Shown: positions 29,261-41,742 of the stretch, piece after piece
Position numbering within the stretch: position 1 is the stretch's first letter
Layout of the letters: every line of letters starts with the position of its first letter
Assembly: GCA_032161105.1 (NCBI GenBank)
Contig: JAVHTD010000008.1
Length of the DNA: 64,000 bases
Reading direction: 5' to 3' (one strand)
Origin: Candidatus Thermosaccharophagus tengchongensis
GTDB taxonomy: Bacteria; Armatimonadota; Fervidibacteria; Fervidibacterales; Thermosaccharophagaceae
Made by a program: the position numbers and the translations under genes
The notes under the pieces: model-generated
Seen by the model: only the letters and a program-made list of their open reading frames with translations
What the model was told of the DNA's origin: nothing
Database searches by the model: none

Positions 29261-32200
29261 CCTCACCACCTCCGGACTTTTTTATACGCCGACGGACGGC
29301 ATCTTCTTCACTCATTTGCGCCATTGCTTCATCCCTCAACTTGAGCACGGCAGCTTGGATATCGGCAGCCAACTTCCTGTAAGCTTCATGACGACTCATC
29401 TTGCCATCATCAATCAACCGCTTGTATGGCTCTGGGTCAATTGGGGCGCCTATGTGAACCGTTATCTTATGCCGTGATGGTATTCGCCTGTGCCTTGAGA
29501 GCGCTTGGAATGTCCCATGTATGAATGCCGGAACTACAGGGGCACCGGATTCAATCGCGAGCAAGCCCACACCCGGCTTGAACTGTTGCATTTCGCCTGT
29601 GGGTGAGCGTGTGCCCTCCGGAAAGACGAGAAGGGTATAGCCACGCTTAAGCGCATCAATCGCAAGTTGTAGACCCTCGGTGAAGCGAACATGCCTGTCA
29701 AATGGGATGACGCTGAGGAATGTGTGAAATAGCCACCCACGAACCTTTGAGTTGAAGAAGTAATCCTTTGCGCCGAGTATGCGCAGCATGCTTGCATGTT
29801 TTCCGCACGCCAGCAGTATTGCGCATGTGTCAAGGTGGCTGCAATGGTTTGCAGCGATGATGAAACCATCACCCTCCGGCAAGTTCTCTGCTCCGTGAAC
29901 TTCAAACCCGAAATAGGTTTTAAAAGCGAGGTGCATTAGCAGCCTCATTAACCACCTGCACATTCGTTTAAAGACACCGGCTTTTAGCCACCTGTTTGTC
30001 TCCGCAGTTGGCAGCCTTTTGGATTGCAGGACCTTTAAATGCTTTGCATCCATTTCGGCATGGGCATCCTTTGCGCTGGTGATTCGTCTCGCCACAGCAT
30101 CAATCACATCTTGCACGGTGTGCAGTGCCGGAAGAAGAGCCTCAGGGAATGTCGTCTTCAACCTCACTTCAAGTTCAACAAGCAGCTCAAGCCGCATGAG
30201 CGAATCAAGTCCGAGGTCAAATTCAAGATGATGCGTTGGTGAGATCTTGTCGCTCGGTTTATTTGCGACCAGCGCTATGGCATCTATGACGAGCCCCTTC
30301 AATCGCCCATCAACTTCACGGACGCGCGTTGTGGGCAGCTCCAATGGCTTTGATGTCCCTATGAGCAACCCCTTGACAGCAGCCCTGTCAATTCCCAAAG
30401 CGGGCGTCCTCGGCAGCTCGCATGTCAGTATGTGGACTCGTTGAATTCGCTGGTAGGATGGGAGGCGTGAGGAGATTTCCCGTATAGCTGCATGAAGGCG
30501 CTTTGTGAAAAGCTCCAAGCCCTCCTTATCGTTCCATAGGTTCTCATCCGGCACAATGACAGCGTGAATTGCCTCACCCATCGTCTCCTCATCCCATACC
30601 CCGACGACGCACATCTCTTTGACCTCTGGGAGGTTGCCGTATAGGGCTTCAATCTCTTCAGGGTAGACATTTTTCCCCGCCGCAGTGACTATCACATCTT
30701 TCATCCTTCCGCAGATGTATAGGTAGCCGTGTGGATCAATGTAGCCAAGGTCGCCCGTGTGGAGCCACCCATCTTTTATGACCTGCGATGTCGCCGCTTC
30801 GTCATTGAAGTAGCCGAGCATGACATTGCTCCCTTTGACGAGTATCTCACCGATGCCCCTCTCATCTGGCTGTGCGATCCTCACTTGCACTCCCGGCAGT
30901 GGCAATCCCACTGAGCCCCTCTTTTGGCGTTCAATGGGATTCACAGTTACCACTGGTGACGCCTCTGTAAGTCCATACCCCTCGCAGACAACGAAGCCAA
31001 GCGCTGTCAAATCATCAAACACGCTGATCGGGAGTGGAGCACCGCCGCTTATGAGAGCTCTGACCTTGCCGCCAAAGGCTTCGTGCACAAATGGAAAAAG
31101 CACCCTACCAATCCTCAGGTTAGTTGCTCTGTAGAGCAGCTTGCTGATCTTAAGCATTGCTCTGAAGAGCGCCCATTTGAACTTCCCACTCCTTCTAACC
31201 TCGGAGAAGATGGCGTCACGCAATATCTGCAAAGCCCTTGGGACTGCTATTATGCAAGTGGCGCCGACTTGGCGCATCGTTTCAATTACCGCTTTTGAGC
31301 GCTGCGTCGTCAGGTAGGTTATCGTGGCGCATGAATACAAAGGCACAAGAAAGCCGCCGGTGAACTCAAGTGCGTGATTGAGCGGAAGTATTGAAACGAA
31401 GTGGTCATTCTCGTTTGGCTTTAGCATGCGAGATATCGCCAGGACATTTGAGATCAAGTTGTGGTGCGAAAGCATAACTCCCTTAGGTTCGCTCCCGGCT
31501 CCCGAGATCACAATGATTGATGCGATGTCGCTTGGGGCGATCTCCCTCTCATACTCTTCAGTATCAATTGGCTCCGGATGGATCTGGTCTTGTTCTCCAT
31601 ACGGCAGGCACATGTTGTTTATGTCAAGCACTATCGGCGTCGGCTGCATCCTCTCCATCGCGCATTCCCAGATTGCCTTTGCGCATGTAGTTGAAGCCAA
31701 TATTGCAACAGCCCCAGACCACTTTGCGACCCTCAAAACATACTCTGGCGGGAGTTGCCTATCAACATGCACAACCGCAGCTCCAAGGCTTGACGCAGCC
31801 ATGTAAGAGATGCCCCATTCTGGCTGATTCTCGGAGTAGAGCAGAACTTTTGAGCCGTGACCAACACCGTTCTTGAGCAATGAAGCCGCCATAGTTCGGC
31901 GTAAGCGCTCAATATCGCTGTAAGTGTATCTGACCCAAATTCCATCCCGCTTTATTTGCATGGCGACCTTTTCTGGGGAAAGCGATGCAGCCCGTGCAAC
32001 TAAATCGGGCAGTATGCGCGGCTCCACTTTGTGGCGCTCCTTGATGTGCTGCTCCCCGACTGGCTCTTCAAACCTTTTGATGAGCATCGCTCGTGCCTTT
32101 GAGCCGTCCACTCCCAGTGCATACCGCAGCAAACCGGGTATGTGTATTCGCTGTATGTATTCAACCCAGTTGATTGAACGCACATCAAAGTTGAAAGTCC

Positions 32201-33701
32201 GCTTGTCATCATCCTGCAGGCGCTCAAACAGGTTGAGTAGGTTCGTCGTTTCGTAGCATGCTTTGACCTCCGTATATGAGCCGTAAAGTTCAACATAGTA
32301 TCTCAGGCGCTCAAGCATGAGGCGCATATTTCGCAGCTGTGAGTTTAGTTTCCTCATGCGGGCTGTGAACTGGAGCCGTTCCGTAAGCGGAAGCAAAATG
32401 CCGAGGAGAAACCACCGCATGCGCAGCTCTCTCAGGAATTCATCGCTTCGCTTGAATGTCCACTCTGGATATTGTGGGACTGCTGAAATGTCGTGCAGCC
32501 TCAGTGGGTTGCTCAGGAAGTATTCCCTGCCGATGCGATACAGCTCACCGAACTTTAGCGGGTTGACCGACCCAGTCGCAACATGAATGATGTGCAACCC
32601 CGGCTCCAACGCAGCCAGCATTACGGAGCAAAGCAGGGCGTTAACCACGAAGTCAACCGGGACAAAGTCAATGATGGCATTCGGATCGCCCGGGAAGTCC
32701 GGCAGCCTCCCACGCCCGTAGCCGATGATTATCGGGTCTGCCATCCTCAACCCTTCTATCCACCCGGGCGATGGCTCCAAGAGACCGCTCTCAATGATGG
32801 CTGGGCGAAGTATGATGGTGGGCACATCATCCCTGTAGCGTGTGATTAACTGCTCTCCCATCGCTTTGGTGAATGTATATGTATCGTTCCAACCGCGCCT
32901 CCTCGCCCACATCATACCTTCGCTGACGAGCATCTCCCTTAGCCGTTCACTCTGTGCCAGCTCAACTTGCCCTTCATCGCCAGCTTGATTGCGCTCTTGC
33001 CCTGCATGTGCATACAGTTCCTCAACTCGCTTCAGTATTGCCTGAACTTCATCATCAACATCATACCTCTCTATGGAGCCATCGGTTGGGCTTTTTCCGA
33101 GGCGCAGGTGCCACATTGATACATTGGGCATGAGCGGCTCCTCTTTGACCAAGCCCTCTCGCATCGCATTCACATAGCATGTGGAGACATGCACGAAGAT
33201 CGGTTTTTTCGCCCATGTCTTTACGAACTCAATGACACGCCTTGGAGCTATGGCGTTGAGCTTCGTTGCGACATCAATTGGGGCATCAAAAGAGACATCG
33301 GCAGCGCAATTTATGACTATGTCAACTTCATCTCGCACAGCCTCAAGCGCTTCCTCGCCCAGACCCAGCTGCTCGTTGAGCAAGTCGCCCTCAATTGGGA
33401 CGATCTTTTCGTCAACGAGCCCCTCAAGCTCCTCACCGAGCTCACGCCTCAACGGTTCAAAAGCCGTTGAGAGTAGAACCTCCTCATACAATCTCCTTCT
33501 GGCATCCATCACTTGACCATTTGGAAGTCTCCTTTTGCGCACAAGGACATAAGCGCGCCGTATGCAGCTTAAGTCCTTGAGCAACTTGGCTATGAGTGCC
33601 TTCCCGAGGAAGCCAGTGCCACCTGTGATGAACAAGGTCTTACCTCGGTAGAACTCACTCACCTTTGGCAACTTGTCCCTTCTTCCCACCTTGCCCACCA
33701 A
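29235..33701 (-). CDS. multidomain fatty acyl-CoA reductase / AMP-binding / ACP / PlsC-type acyltransferase (ElbD-like)
   Basis: TGGTGFLG and YTFTK (FAR); GYGLTE, LHTGDLG, GRMKDVI (adenylation); LGLDSL (ACP Ser); NHCSHLD and FPEGTRS (acyltransferase). Confidence 0.9.
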   Translation of the reverse strand: MVGKVGRRDKLPKVSEFYRGKTLFITGGTGFLGKALIAKLLKDLSCIRRAYVLVRKRRLPNGQVMDARRRLYEEVLLSTAFEPLRRELGEELEGLVDEKIVPIEGDLLNEQLGLGEEALEAVRDEVDIVINCAADVSFDAPIDVATKLNAIAPRRVIEFVKTWAKKPIFVHVSTCYVNAMREGLVKEEPLMPNVSMWHLRLGKSPTDGSIERYDVDDEVQAILKRVEELYAHAGQERNQAGDEGQVELAQSERLREMLVSEGMMWARRRGWNDTYTFTKAMGEQLITRYRDDVPTIILRPAIIESGLLEPSPGWIEGLRMADPIIIGYGRGRLPDFPGDPNAIIDFVPVDFVVNALLCSVMLAALEPGLHIIHVATGSVNPLKFGELYRIGREYFLSNPLRLHDISAVPQYPEWTFKRSDEFLRELRMRWFLLGILLPLTERLQFTARMRKLNSQLRNMRLMLERLRYYVELYGSYTEVKACYETTNLLNLFERLQDDDKRTFNFDVRSINWVEYIQRIHIPGLLRYALGVDGSKARAMLIKRFEEPVGEQHIKERHKVEPRILPDLVARAASLSPEKVAMQIKRDGIWVRYTYSDIERLRRTMAASLLKNGVGHGSKVLLYSENQPEWGISYMAASSLGAAVVHVDRQLPPEYVLRVAKWSGAVAILASTTCAKAIWECAMERMQPTPIVLDINNMCLPYGEQDQIHPEPIDTEEYEREIAPSDIASIIVISGAGSEPKGVMLSHHNLISNVLAISRMLKPNENDHFVSILPLNHALEFTGGFLVPLYSCATITYLTTQRSKAVIETMRQVGATCIIAVPRALQILRDAIFSEVRRSGKFKWALFRAMLKISKLLYRATNLRIGRVLFPFVHEAFGGKVRALISGGAPLPISVFDDLTALGFVVCEGYGLTEASPVVTVNPIERQKRGSVGLPLPGVQVRIAQPDERGIGEILVKGSNVMLGYFNDEAATSQVIKDGWLHTGDLGYIDPHGYLYICGRMKDVIVTAAGKNVYPEEIEALYGNLPEVKEMCVVGVWDEETMGEAIHAVIVPDENLWNDKEGLELFTKRLHAAIREISSRLPSYQRIQRVHILTCELPRTPALGIDRAAVKGLLIGTSKPLELPTTRVREVDGRLKGLVIDAIALVANKPSDKISPTHHLEFDLGLDSLMRLELLVELEVRLKTTFPEALLPALHTVQDVIDAVARRITSAKDAHAEMDAKHLKVLQSKRLPTAETNRWLKAGVFKRMCRWLMRLLMHLAFKTYFGFEVHGAENLPEGDGFIIAANHCSHLDTCAILLACGKHASMLRILGAKDYFFNSKVRGWLFHTFLSVIPFDRHVRFTEGLQLAIDALKRGYTLLVFPEGTRSPTGEMQQFKPGVGLLAIESGAPVVPAFIHGTFQALSRHRRIPSRHKITVHIGAPIDPEPYKRLIDDGKMSRHEAYRKLAADIQAAVLKLRDEAMAQMSEEDAVRRRIKKSGGGEDELDLHHA

Positions 33702-33876
33702 CCTCCGCTTGCATGTGGCAGCGAATGACCATCTATCTGGAAGGGTTATAGGGCAAGTTCAATCCACACCGCGTGACTGATTAAGGTTTGGCAACCGTTA
33801 ATAGGAATTGCCATGGTCACTGTGCAAAGGCAGGTGCATCATGTCCGCACAATGCGCGAATAAAGTGGCGTTGACT

Positions 33877-34395
33877 TCAAAGCTTAAGCTCCCTTCCATA
33901 CTGGTCGGAGAAAAAGATCTGGCTCATATCCTTCCTCGGGCGCTGCTTTGGGAACTCGTCCGGGACGCCGACAGGCGTCAGGGCAACCACATTGATGTCC
34001 TCAGGTATGCCGAGCACTTCCTTGACTTTCTCTTGGTTGAATGCCCCTATCCAGCATGTCCCATAGCCGAGTGCCGTTGCAGCGATAATCAAGTTCTGCA
34101 TTGCTATCATGACATCTTTATCGTGCCAGCGCTCGCTCTCAGCTGGCACGCTCAACCCGGCGATGATGACATCCGCATCAGCTATCCAAGTTTGGTTGTT
34201 GCAAGCCTCACCGAGCCTGCGCTTTACATCCGGGTCACGCACAACTACGAACCTCCACGGCTGTCTGTTTCCGGCTGACGGTGCCTGCCTTGCCGCTTCA
34301 AGTATAGTCATCAGGTGCTCATTTGGGATTGGCTGCGGTTTATACTTTCGCACACTGCGCCTCTCCATTATCGCCTCTATGGCATCCTTCGCCAT
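33877..34395 (-). CDS. nitroreductase family protein
   Basis: RRSVRKY, APSAGNRQPW.FVVV, GYGTCWIG. Start at ATG 34395. Confidence 0.92.
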   Translation of the reverse strand: MAKDAIEAIMERRSVRKYKPQPIPNEHLMTILEAARQAPSAGNRQPWRFVVVRDPDVKRRLGEACNNQTWIADADVIIAGLSVPAESERWHDKDVMIAMQNLIIAATALGYGTCWIGAFNQEKVKEVLGIPEDINVVALTPVGVPDEFPKQRPRKDMSQIFFSDQYGRELKL

Positions 34396-34601
34396 CTTAT
34401 CACACCCCCTCCACGAAGTTTCTCCGCCACTCCGAAATCTATCAAACATTGTGAAGCGATGTTCAGTTTGCTTCACACTTGAGGTGCGGACCAAACTGGC
34501 AATAACGCCGATCCGCAATCAAATGAGAGTAGCACAAGTTGAAGTTGAGCTGCACTATATTCGTAGCTGCAGCACCTAAGGATGATGGGGGTGCGGGTGG
34601 G

Positions 34602-35906
34602 ATGTCAATGGACAGGAGTTTAAGCAGCGGGCGCTGGTATGAGGGGTTAAGCGGGTATCATTTTCTCGTCCTCGTGGTAGCGTCACTCGGGTGGGCATTT
34701 GACACGATGGACCAATGGCTGTATGTGCTCGCACGCCAACCAGCACTTTCAGCGTTGCTAAATGTTCCCCCGGAAGATCCGCTGGTGGCGAAGTATGCCG
34801 GAATTGTGCAAGCCATCTTCATCTTCGGATGGGCTACCGGTGGCTTCCTGTTTGGCATTGTCGGCGATAAGATAGGGCGCACGAGGGCTATGATGATCAC
34901 GATTTTGCTTTATGCCGGCTTTACCGGCATGGCTGCGCTATCTCGGACTTGGTGGGAATTTGCGATCTACCGATTCCTTTGTGGGCTTGGCGTGGGTGGT
35001 GAATTTGCAGCCGGTGCAGCACTCGTTGCCGAGGTGTTCCCGGAGCGCTCCAGACCTGCTGCGCTTGGCATAATGCAAGCATCTTCGGCGTTAGGAAACA
35101 TCTCAGCCGGATTGATCAACCTCACCATAGGCGCGTCGCCGAGGCTTGGTTGGAGGTATGTGTTTGCGGTTGGAGTGCTGCCTGCATTGCTTGTCTTCGT
35201 CATCCGCCTTTTCATTCGTGAGCCGGAGCGTTGGGAGAGGGCAAAGATTGCCGAGGCGTCCGGCGCTGAGCGGCTCGGCAGCTTCATTGAGCTCTTCTCT
35301 GACAGGCGTTGGCGGCACAATACGATTGTTGGCGTGAGCCTTGCGGCGGTCGGCGTGATAGGTTTTTGGGGGATTGGAACTTGGTCGCCGGACTTGCTCA
35401 GGAATGCACTCAACCCAGACAACCTCCCACACTTGAGGGCGCTCACCGAAAGGGCTGTCAGCGTAGCCATAATGATGCAGAATGCCGGGGCGTTTTTTGG
35501 CATACTCGCATGGGCGTGGTTGGCTGAGCGCATCGGCAGGAGGGGCGCATTTGCATGTTCATTTCTGCTCTGCTTCATTGTCGTGCCCACAACATTTCAG
35601 ACCGTGAGCAGTTTCTCGGAATCGTTGGTGCTGTTCCCATTGATGGGGTTCTTCACGACAAGCTTGTTTGGCGGATATGCTGTATACTTCCCTGAACTGT
35701 ATCCGACACGCCTTAGGGCTACCGGGACTGGCTTTTGCTACAATGTGGCGCGCTACCTTGCAATAGCCGGTCCATACACATTCGGTCATTTGAGAGCCGC
35801 CTATGGCATAAGGAATGCCGGTTCAATCCTCTCGCTCATTTTCCTCCTCGGGCTGCTTGTCCTTCCGGTTGCGCCGGAAACGAAGGGTAAGCCGCTGCCG
35901 GAGTAA
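34602..35906 (+). CDS. MFS transporter
   Basis: GIVGDKIGR motif A, RFLCGLGVGGE, PELYPTRLRATG, PETKG. Confidence 0.92.
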   Translation: MSMDRSLSSGRWYEGLSGYHFLVLVVASLGWAFDTMDQWLYVLARQPALSALLNVPPEDPLVAKYAGIVQAIFIFGWATGGFLFGIVGDKIGRTRAMMITILLYAGFTGMAALSRTWWEFAIYRFLCGLGVGGEFAAGAALVAEVFPERSRPAALGIMQASSALGNISAGLINLTIGASPRLGWRYVFAVGVLPALLVFVIRLFIREPERWERAKIAEASGAERLGSFIELFSDRRWRHNTIVGVSLAAVGVIGFWGIGTWSPDLLRNALNPDNLPHLRALTERAVSVAIMMQNAGAFFGILAWAWLAERIGRRGAFACSFLLCFIVVPTTFQTVSSFSESLVLFPLMGFFTTSLFGGYAVYFPELYPTRLRATGTGFCYNVARYLAIAGPYTFGHLRAAYGIRNAGSILSLIFLLGLLVLPVAPETKGKPLPE

Positions 35907-35908
35907 GT

Positions 35909-35936
35909 TTGAAATGTGGCAATGCAAACATTTCAA
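35909..35936 (+). terminator. stem-loop immediately after the MFS stop codon
   Basis: TTGAAATGT / ACATTTCAA 9-bp inverted repeat, with no clear U tract. Confidence 0.35.
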
Positions 35937-36132
35937 GCAGTGTCAAATCAAAGGCGGATGAAATCATCCAAACCAGTCATGCGCGTCATATGTGACCTAA
36001 CCACCCATTGTGGGAACAGCTTCGGCTGTTAACTCAACGCCCTCCAGCGCGGTTGAAACTCGCTTTCATATGGGTGTTGGGCGAGTTGGTAGCTCCCACA
36101 GTTTGTGGTAAAGCCTTCCCAGTATGCGCTAA

Positions 36133-38343
<2,211 letters not shown>

Positions 38344-38384
38344 AAGAGCAACCTCAGGCAACAATGCGGAAAGCACAATGGGCG

Positions 38385-39647
38385 CTACCTTGGCTTGATG
38401 CTCTCTTTGACCCTCCTCTCGGCTTCAATCAGCATCTCAACGGCATCGCCTTCGCCATTTAATGATTCAACGATGGCATAATGCCAATCAATCTTTGGCG
38501 TCTCTTGCGTCCTGCCATCAAATGTGGCGGTGATTTTACCCTTCAGCCTCTCCATAGCTTTTGCTGCGCCCTTAGCACTTGTGTGTGGCATAGCTATTGC
38601 AAACTCGTTCACCTTCATCCTACCAACATAGTCAACCTCTCGCAAGGTTGAGCGAATGACTTCGGCAAGCTTTGATATGATTGAGTTGAAGTGCCTTGCG
38701 CGCCATCTCCTATGGTAGAGGCGAAGTGCTGGAGATATGATGTATGCCAGCGAAACCGAGAAGCTGTATCTCTGTGCCCTGCGCAAGTCCTCATTCAGGC
38801 GCTCAATGAAATACTGCTCCCCGAAGAAACCCGTCACCTCATCCCTTTCCATAGCCCTTCTCACCCTCATTGGCGCTTTACCGGTCAACAGCCCGCGCAG
38901 GTTGTGTAAGCCCCTTTGGAGCAGGTATGTGACATAGTTTGCCGAGATGCCGAGTATGCGAGCTATCTCCGTCTTCGTAAGCTCGTTGTAAAAGAACAAC
39001 TCAATGACTTTCCTCTGAAGCCTGCTCAGGTGCTGCAAAGCCTGTTGGATAGCCAGCCTGTCTTCAAGGCGTTGCATATCTTCCCAAAGACCCTCAAGCG
39101 CCCTCCTGTCAAGTTGTGAGTCAACCCCCTCTTCACCCTCCTCGCTGATCATCACTTCATCAAGCGATTCAACTTGAAATAGACTGCTTGAGCCGAGTAT
39201 GCGTTTCACCAACTCCAAACTCATCCCCGAGTATTCGGCTACCTCTTCCGGATCAGGTTCTCGGTGCAACTTTTGGCGCAGCTCTTCAATTGCCCTGTTG
39301 AGCCTGTATCTTTCCTCCTGCATCCATGCCGGCTCTTTGATCAATCCGCCGAGGTCACGAAGGTAATGCTTGAGGTGACCGTTTATGACATGTGTCGCAT
39401 ATGTGTTGAACTGCGTTCCCATGGAGGGGTCATATCGTTCAACGGCGTTTATCAACCCGATGCATGCTTCCTGAAACAGGTCGTCAAATGGTTCGTTGGA
39501 TATAGCTGCATAGCGCCGAGCAATGCGCCTTGCAAGCTCAATGTTGGCACTGATGAGTTCGTCCCTAAGCTTCGGGTCTCTCGTGCGCCTGTAGAGCCTG
39601 AATTTCTCTTTCTCAGCCTCGCGGTTGATCTTATCATCTTGCCTCAA
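38385..39647 (-). CDS. SigB/SigF/SigG-type sigma-70 factor with C-terminal degenerate GGDEF-like domain
   Basis: DLFQEA.IGLINAVERYDP..G.QF.TYA, LKHYLRD, region 3 REP..EEVA, region 4 LTKTEIARILGIS; then RDEVTG..RAQRY..REVD...RMKVNEF. Confidence 0.88.
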   Translation of the reverse strand: MRQDDKINREAEKEKFRLYRRTRDPKLRDELISANIELARRIARRYAAISNEPFDDLFQEACIGLINAVERYDPSMGTQFNTYATHVINGHLKHYLRDLGGLIKEPAWMQEERYRLNRAIEELRQKLHREPDPEEVAEYSGMSLELVKRILGSSSLFQVESLDEVMISEEGEEGVDSQLDRRALEGLWEDMQRLEDRLAIQQALQHLSRLQRKVIELFFYNELTKTEIARILGISANYVTYLLQRGLHNLRGLLTGKAPMRVRRAMERDEVTGFFGEQYFIERLNEDLRRAQRYSFSVSLAYIISPALRLYHRRWRARHFNSIISKLAEVIRSTLREVDYVGRMKVNEFAIAMPHTSAKGAAKAMERLKGKITATFDGRTQETPKIDWHYAIVESLNGEGDAVEMLIEAERRVKESIKPR

Positions 39648-39888
39648 GATGATGCGTTACACCTCTCGCCGAATTGGCTCATTACAACTACCGTCTTTTG
39701 ATCCCTCATTCCCAATCAGCAATTTAGCAGCGATGCGCGATTGGTGTTAACACTTATATGGCTTTACGACGCATCCACCAGCTGGCATCGCCAACTCAAA
39801 CATCGTGAGCTTGGGGTGAAGCTAACCCTCAATGCTTCAGCTCATGCATAATGCTTAGTTATGCGGCTGCAACTACCGTGCAAAAGGG

Positions 39889-40749
39889 GTGATTAAGATG
39901 TTGATGTTTCGGAATCTGAATCCGGGAGCCATCAGCATACACGCCGACCTTGAGAGGACGCTCAAGATTGCGCGTGATGCTGGGTTTGATGGGGTTGACC
40001 TCATGTTGAGTGAGGCTGAGAGGCTCTCAAAGGAGCATTCCATCAGCTTTGTCGTCTCACTCTATGAGCGCTTTGGGATGAGAGTTGGAGGGTGTGGGCT
40101 TCCATTCAACTGGCTAAGCGAGGATGATTATGAGCGCGGGTTAAGCGAGCTGCCGAGATGGGCAAAGCTCGCAAGAGATGTTGGATGCACAAGGTTCATC
40201 ACATGGGTGCCATCGTTCTCCGATGAGCGTCCATACGACGAGAACTTTAGATGGCATGTTGAACGCTTCAAGCCGATTGCTAATATTCTGGGTGAGCACG
40301 GTTGTCGGCTTGGACTTGAATTCCTCGGCACAAAGAGTCTGCGCATCGGGCACAAGTATGAGTTCATCCACACGCTTGACCAGATGATTGAGCTGTGTGA
40401 TGCCATTGGCACAGGCAATGTCGGATTGCTCCTTGATTCATGGCATTGGTGGACGAGCGATGGAACAGTTGAGGACATCAGGAAGTTAAGCTGCGATCAG
40501 GTTGTGTATGTTCATGTCAATGATGCTCCCGCTGGCATACCGAAGGATGAGCAGATTGACAATGTGAGGTGCCTTCCGGGCGAGACGGGTGTCATTGACC
40601 TCGTTGGCTTTCTTGGGGCGCTCAGGGATATAGGCTACGATGGACCTGTAACGCCAGAGCCATTCAGCAAAGCATTGAGCGAGCTGCCCGATGAGGAAGC
40701 CGCGCTTGTGACGGCAAGGGCGCTCAATAGGGTCTGGGAAATGATTTGA
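39889..40749 (+). CDS. sugar phosphate isomerase/epimerase (TIM barrel)
   Basis: LGLEF, LLDSWHW, VHVND, R.LPGE.G.IDL, GYDGPVTPEPF. Confidence 0.88.
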   Translation: MIKMLMFRNLNPGAISIHADLERTLKIARDAGFDGVDLMLSEAERLSKEHSISFVVSLYERFGMRVGGCGLPFNWLSEDDYERGLSELPRWAKLARDVGCTRFITWVPSFSDERPYDENFRWHVERFKPIANILGEHGCRLGLEFLGTKSLRIGHKYEFIHTLDQMIELCDAIGTGNVGLLLDSWHWWTSDGTVEDIRKLSCDQVVYVHVNDAPAGIPKDEQIDNVRCLPGETGVIDLVGFLGALRDIGYDGPVTPEPFSKALSELPDEEAALVTARALNRVWEMI

Positions 40750-40822
40750 TGATGAGCCGCAACCTAACCCATGTATGGGAGCAGCTTGCAAACGGGCGTG
40801 AAAGTCATGAGGTGAATGACAG

Positions 40823-41707
40823 ATGCAAGTCGTATTGGCTTTGATGCTCTTGGTTGGAGCCTTCTCCTATTTCTCCGAGCCATCACGATACGAAGCGCAT
40901 ATTGAGCGCGTAATGCGCTCTCTTTTCCCAAATGCAAAAAGCATCCAAGTCAGGATCAAGGGGAGCGGTGGCTTTGCAGCATTGCGCGGTGAGTTTGATT
41001 CGCTTGAGATAACGGTTGTGGGGGCAAAAGCGAAGAGTGAGGCGCTAACACAGCTCATAGCGCACGATGAAGGCAACCGAGCGCGTGAGAAAACCACCCT
41101 ACTGCCTACAGCTGTTGTGGGGCAGACAAAGAGGTCTGTCGGACATATAGCGAGCGTGATGGTGAAGTTTAGCGAGTGCGAGTTTGATGGGGTGCCGTTC
41201 ACGGAATTAACTGTTGGATTGACCAATGTGCGTTACGACCTCCAAAAGCTGCTGAGTGAGCAACGCATATGGCTAATTGATTTCGCAAACGGGTGGTTCG
41301 TGTTCAAGCTGCCATCAAGCTTCGTCTCGTCACTTATTGAGAGCGAGATGACCAAGAGCGGTTTGGTCAAGCCGGTGGCGAAGTTGCATGCTCAGGGAAT
41401 TCGCGTTGAGGCATCTTATCCCATTTGGTGGTTGCACATACCGTTCTCGGTTGATGGCGAACTCGTAGCGGTGCCACCATGTAAGGTTACTTTCAAACCA
41501 AAGCTCCTGAAGGTGTTCAGTGTCATTCCGATGCCGGGCAGCGCAGTTGAGCGGCTTATCGGGAAGACGGAATTTTCGTTTGAGCTGACGGAGCTGAAAA
41601 TGCCGCTTGAGCCACAACTTGAGTTGATTTGCGTCACCGAAGGGGAGGTTGAATTTCGCGGCATACTAAGATTGCCAAAGGCAGGCAGAGCCACAAGAAG
41701 CCGATGA
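40823..41707 (+). CDS. membrane-anchored DUF2993/LmeA-like protein
   Basis: N-terminal hydrophobic anchor, V.V.I.G....L.GEFD.L.I pattern, beta-rich. Confidence 0.5.
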   Translation: MQVVLALMLLVGAFSYFSEPSRYEAHIERVMRSLFPNAKSIQVRIKGSGGFAALRGEFDSLEITVVGAKAKSEALTQLIAHDEGNRAREKTTLLPTAVVGQTKRSVGHIASVMVKFSECEFDGVPFTELTVGLTNVRYDLQKLLSEQRIWLIDFANGWFVFKLPSSFVSSLIESEMTKSGLVKPVAKLHAQGIRVEASYPIWWLHIPFSVDGELVAVPPCKVTFKPKLLKVFSVIPMPGSAVERLIGKTEFSFELTELKMPLEPQLELICVTEGEVEFRGILRLPKAGRATRSR

Positions 41708-41742
41708 AGTAGCCCGGAAATTGAGTTGGGGGGTGAAGAGGA

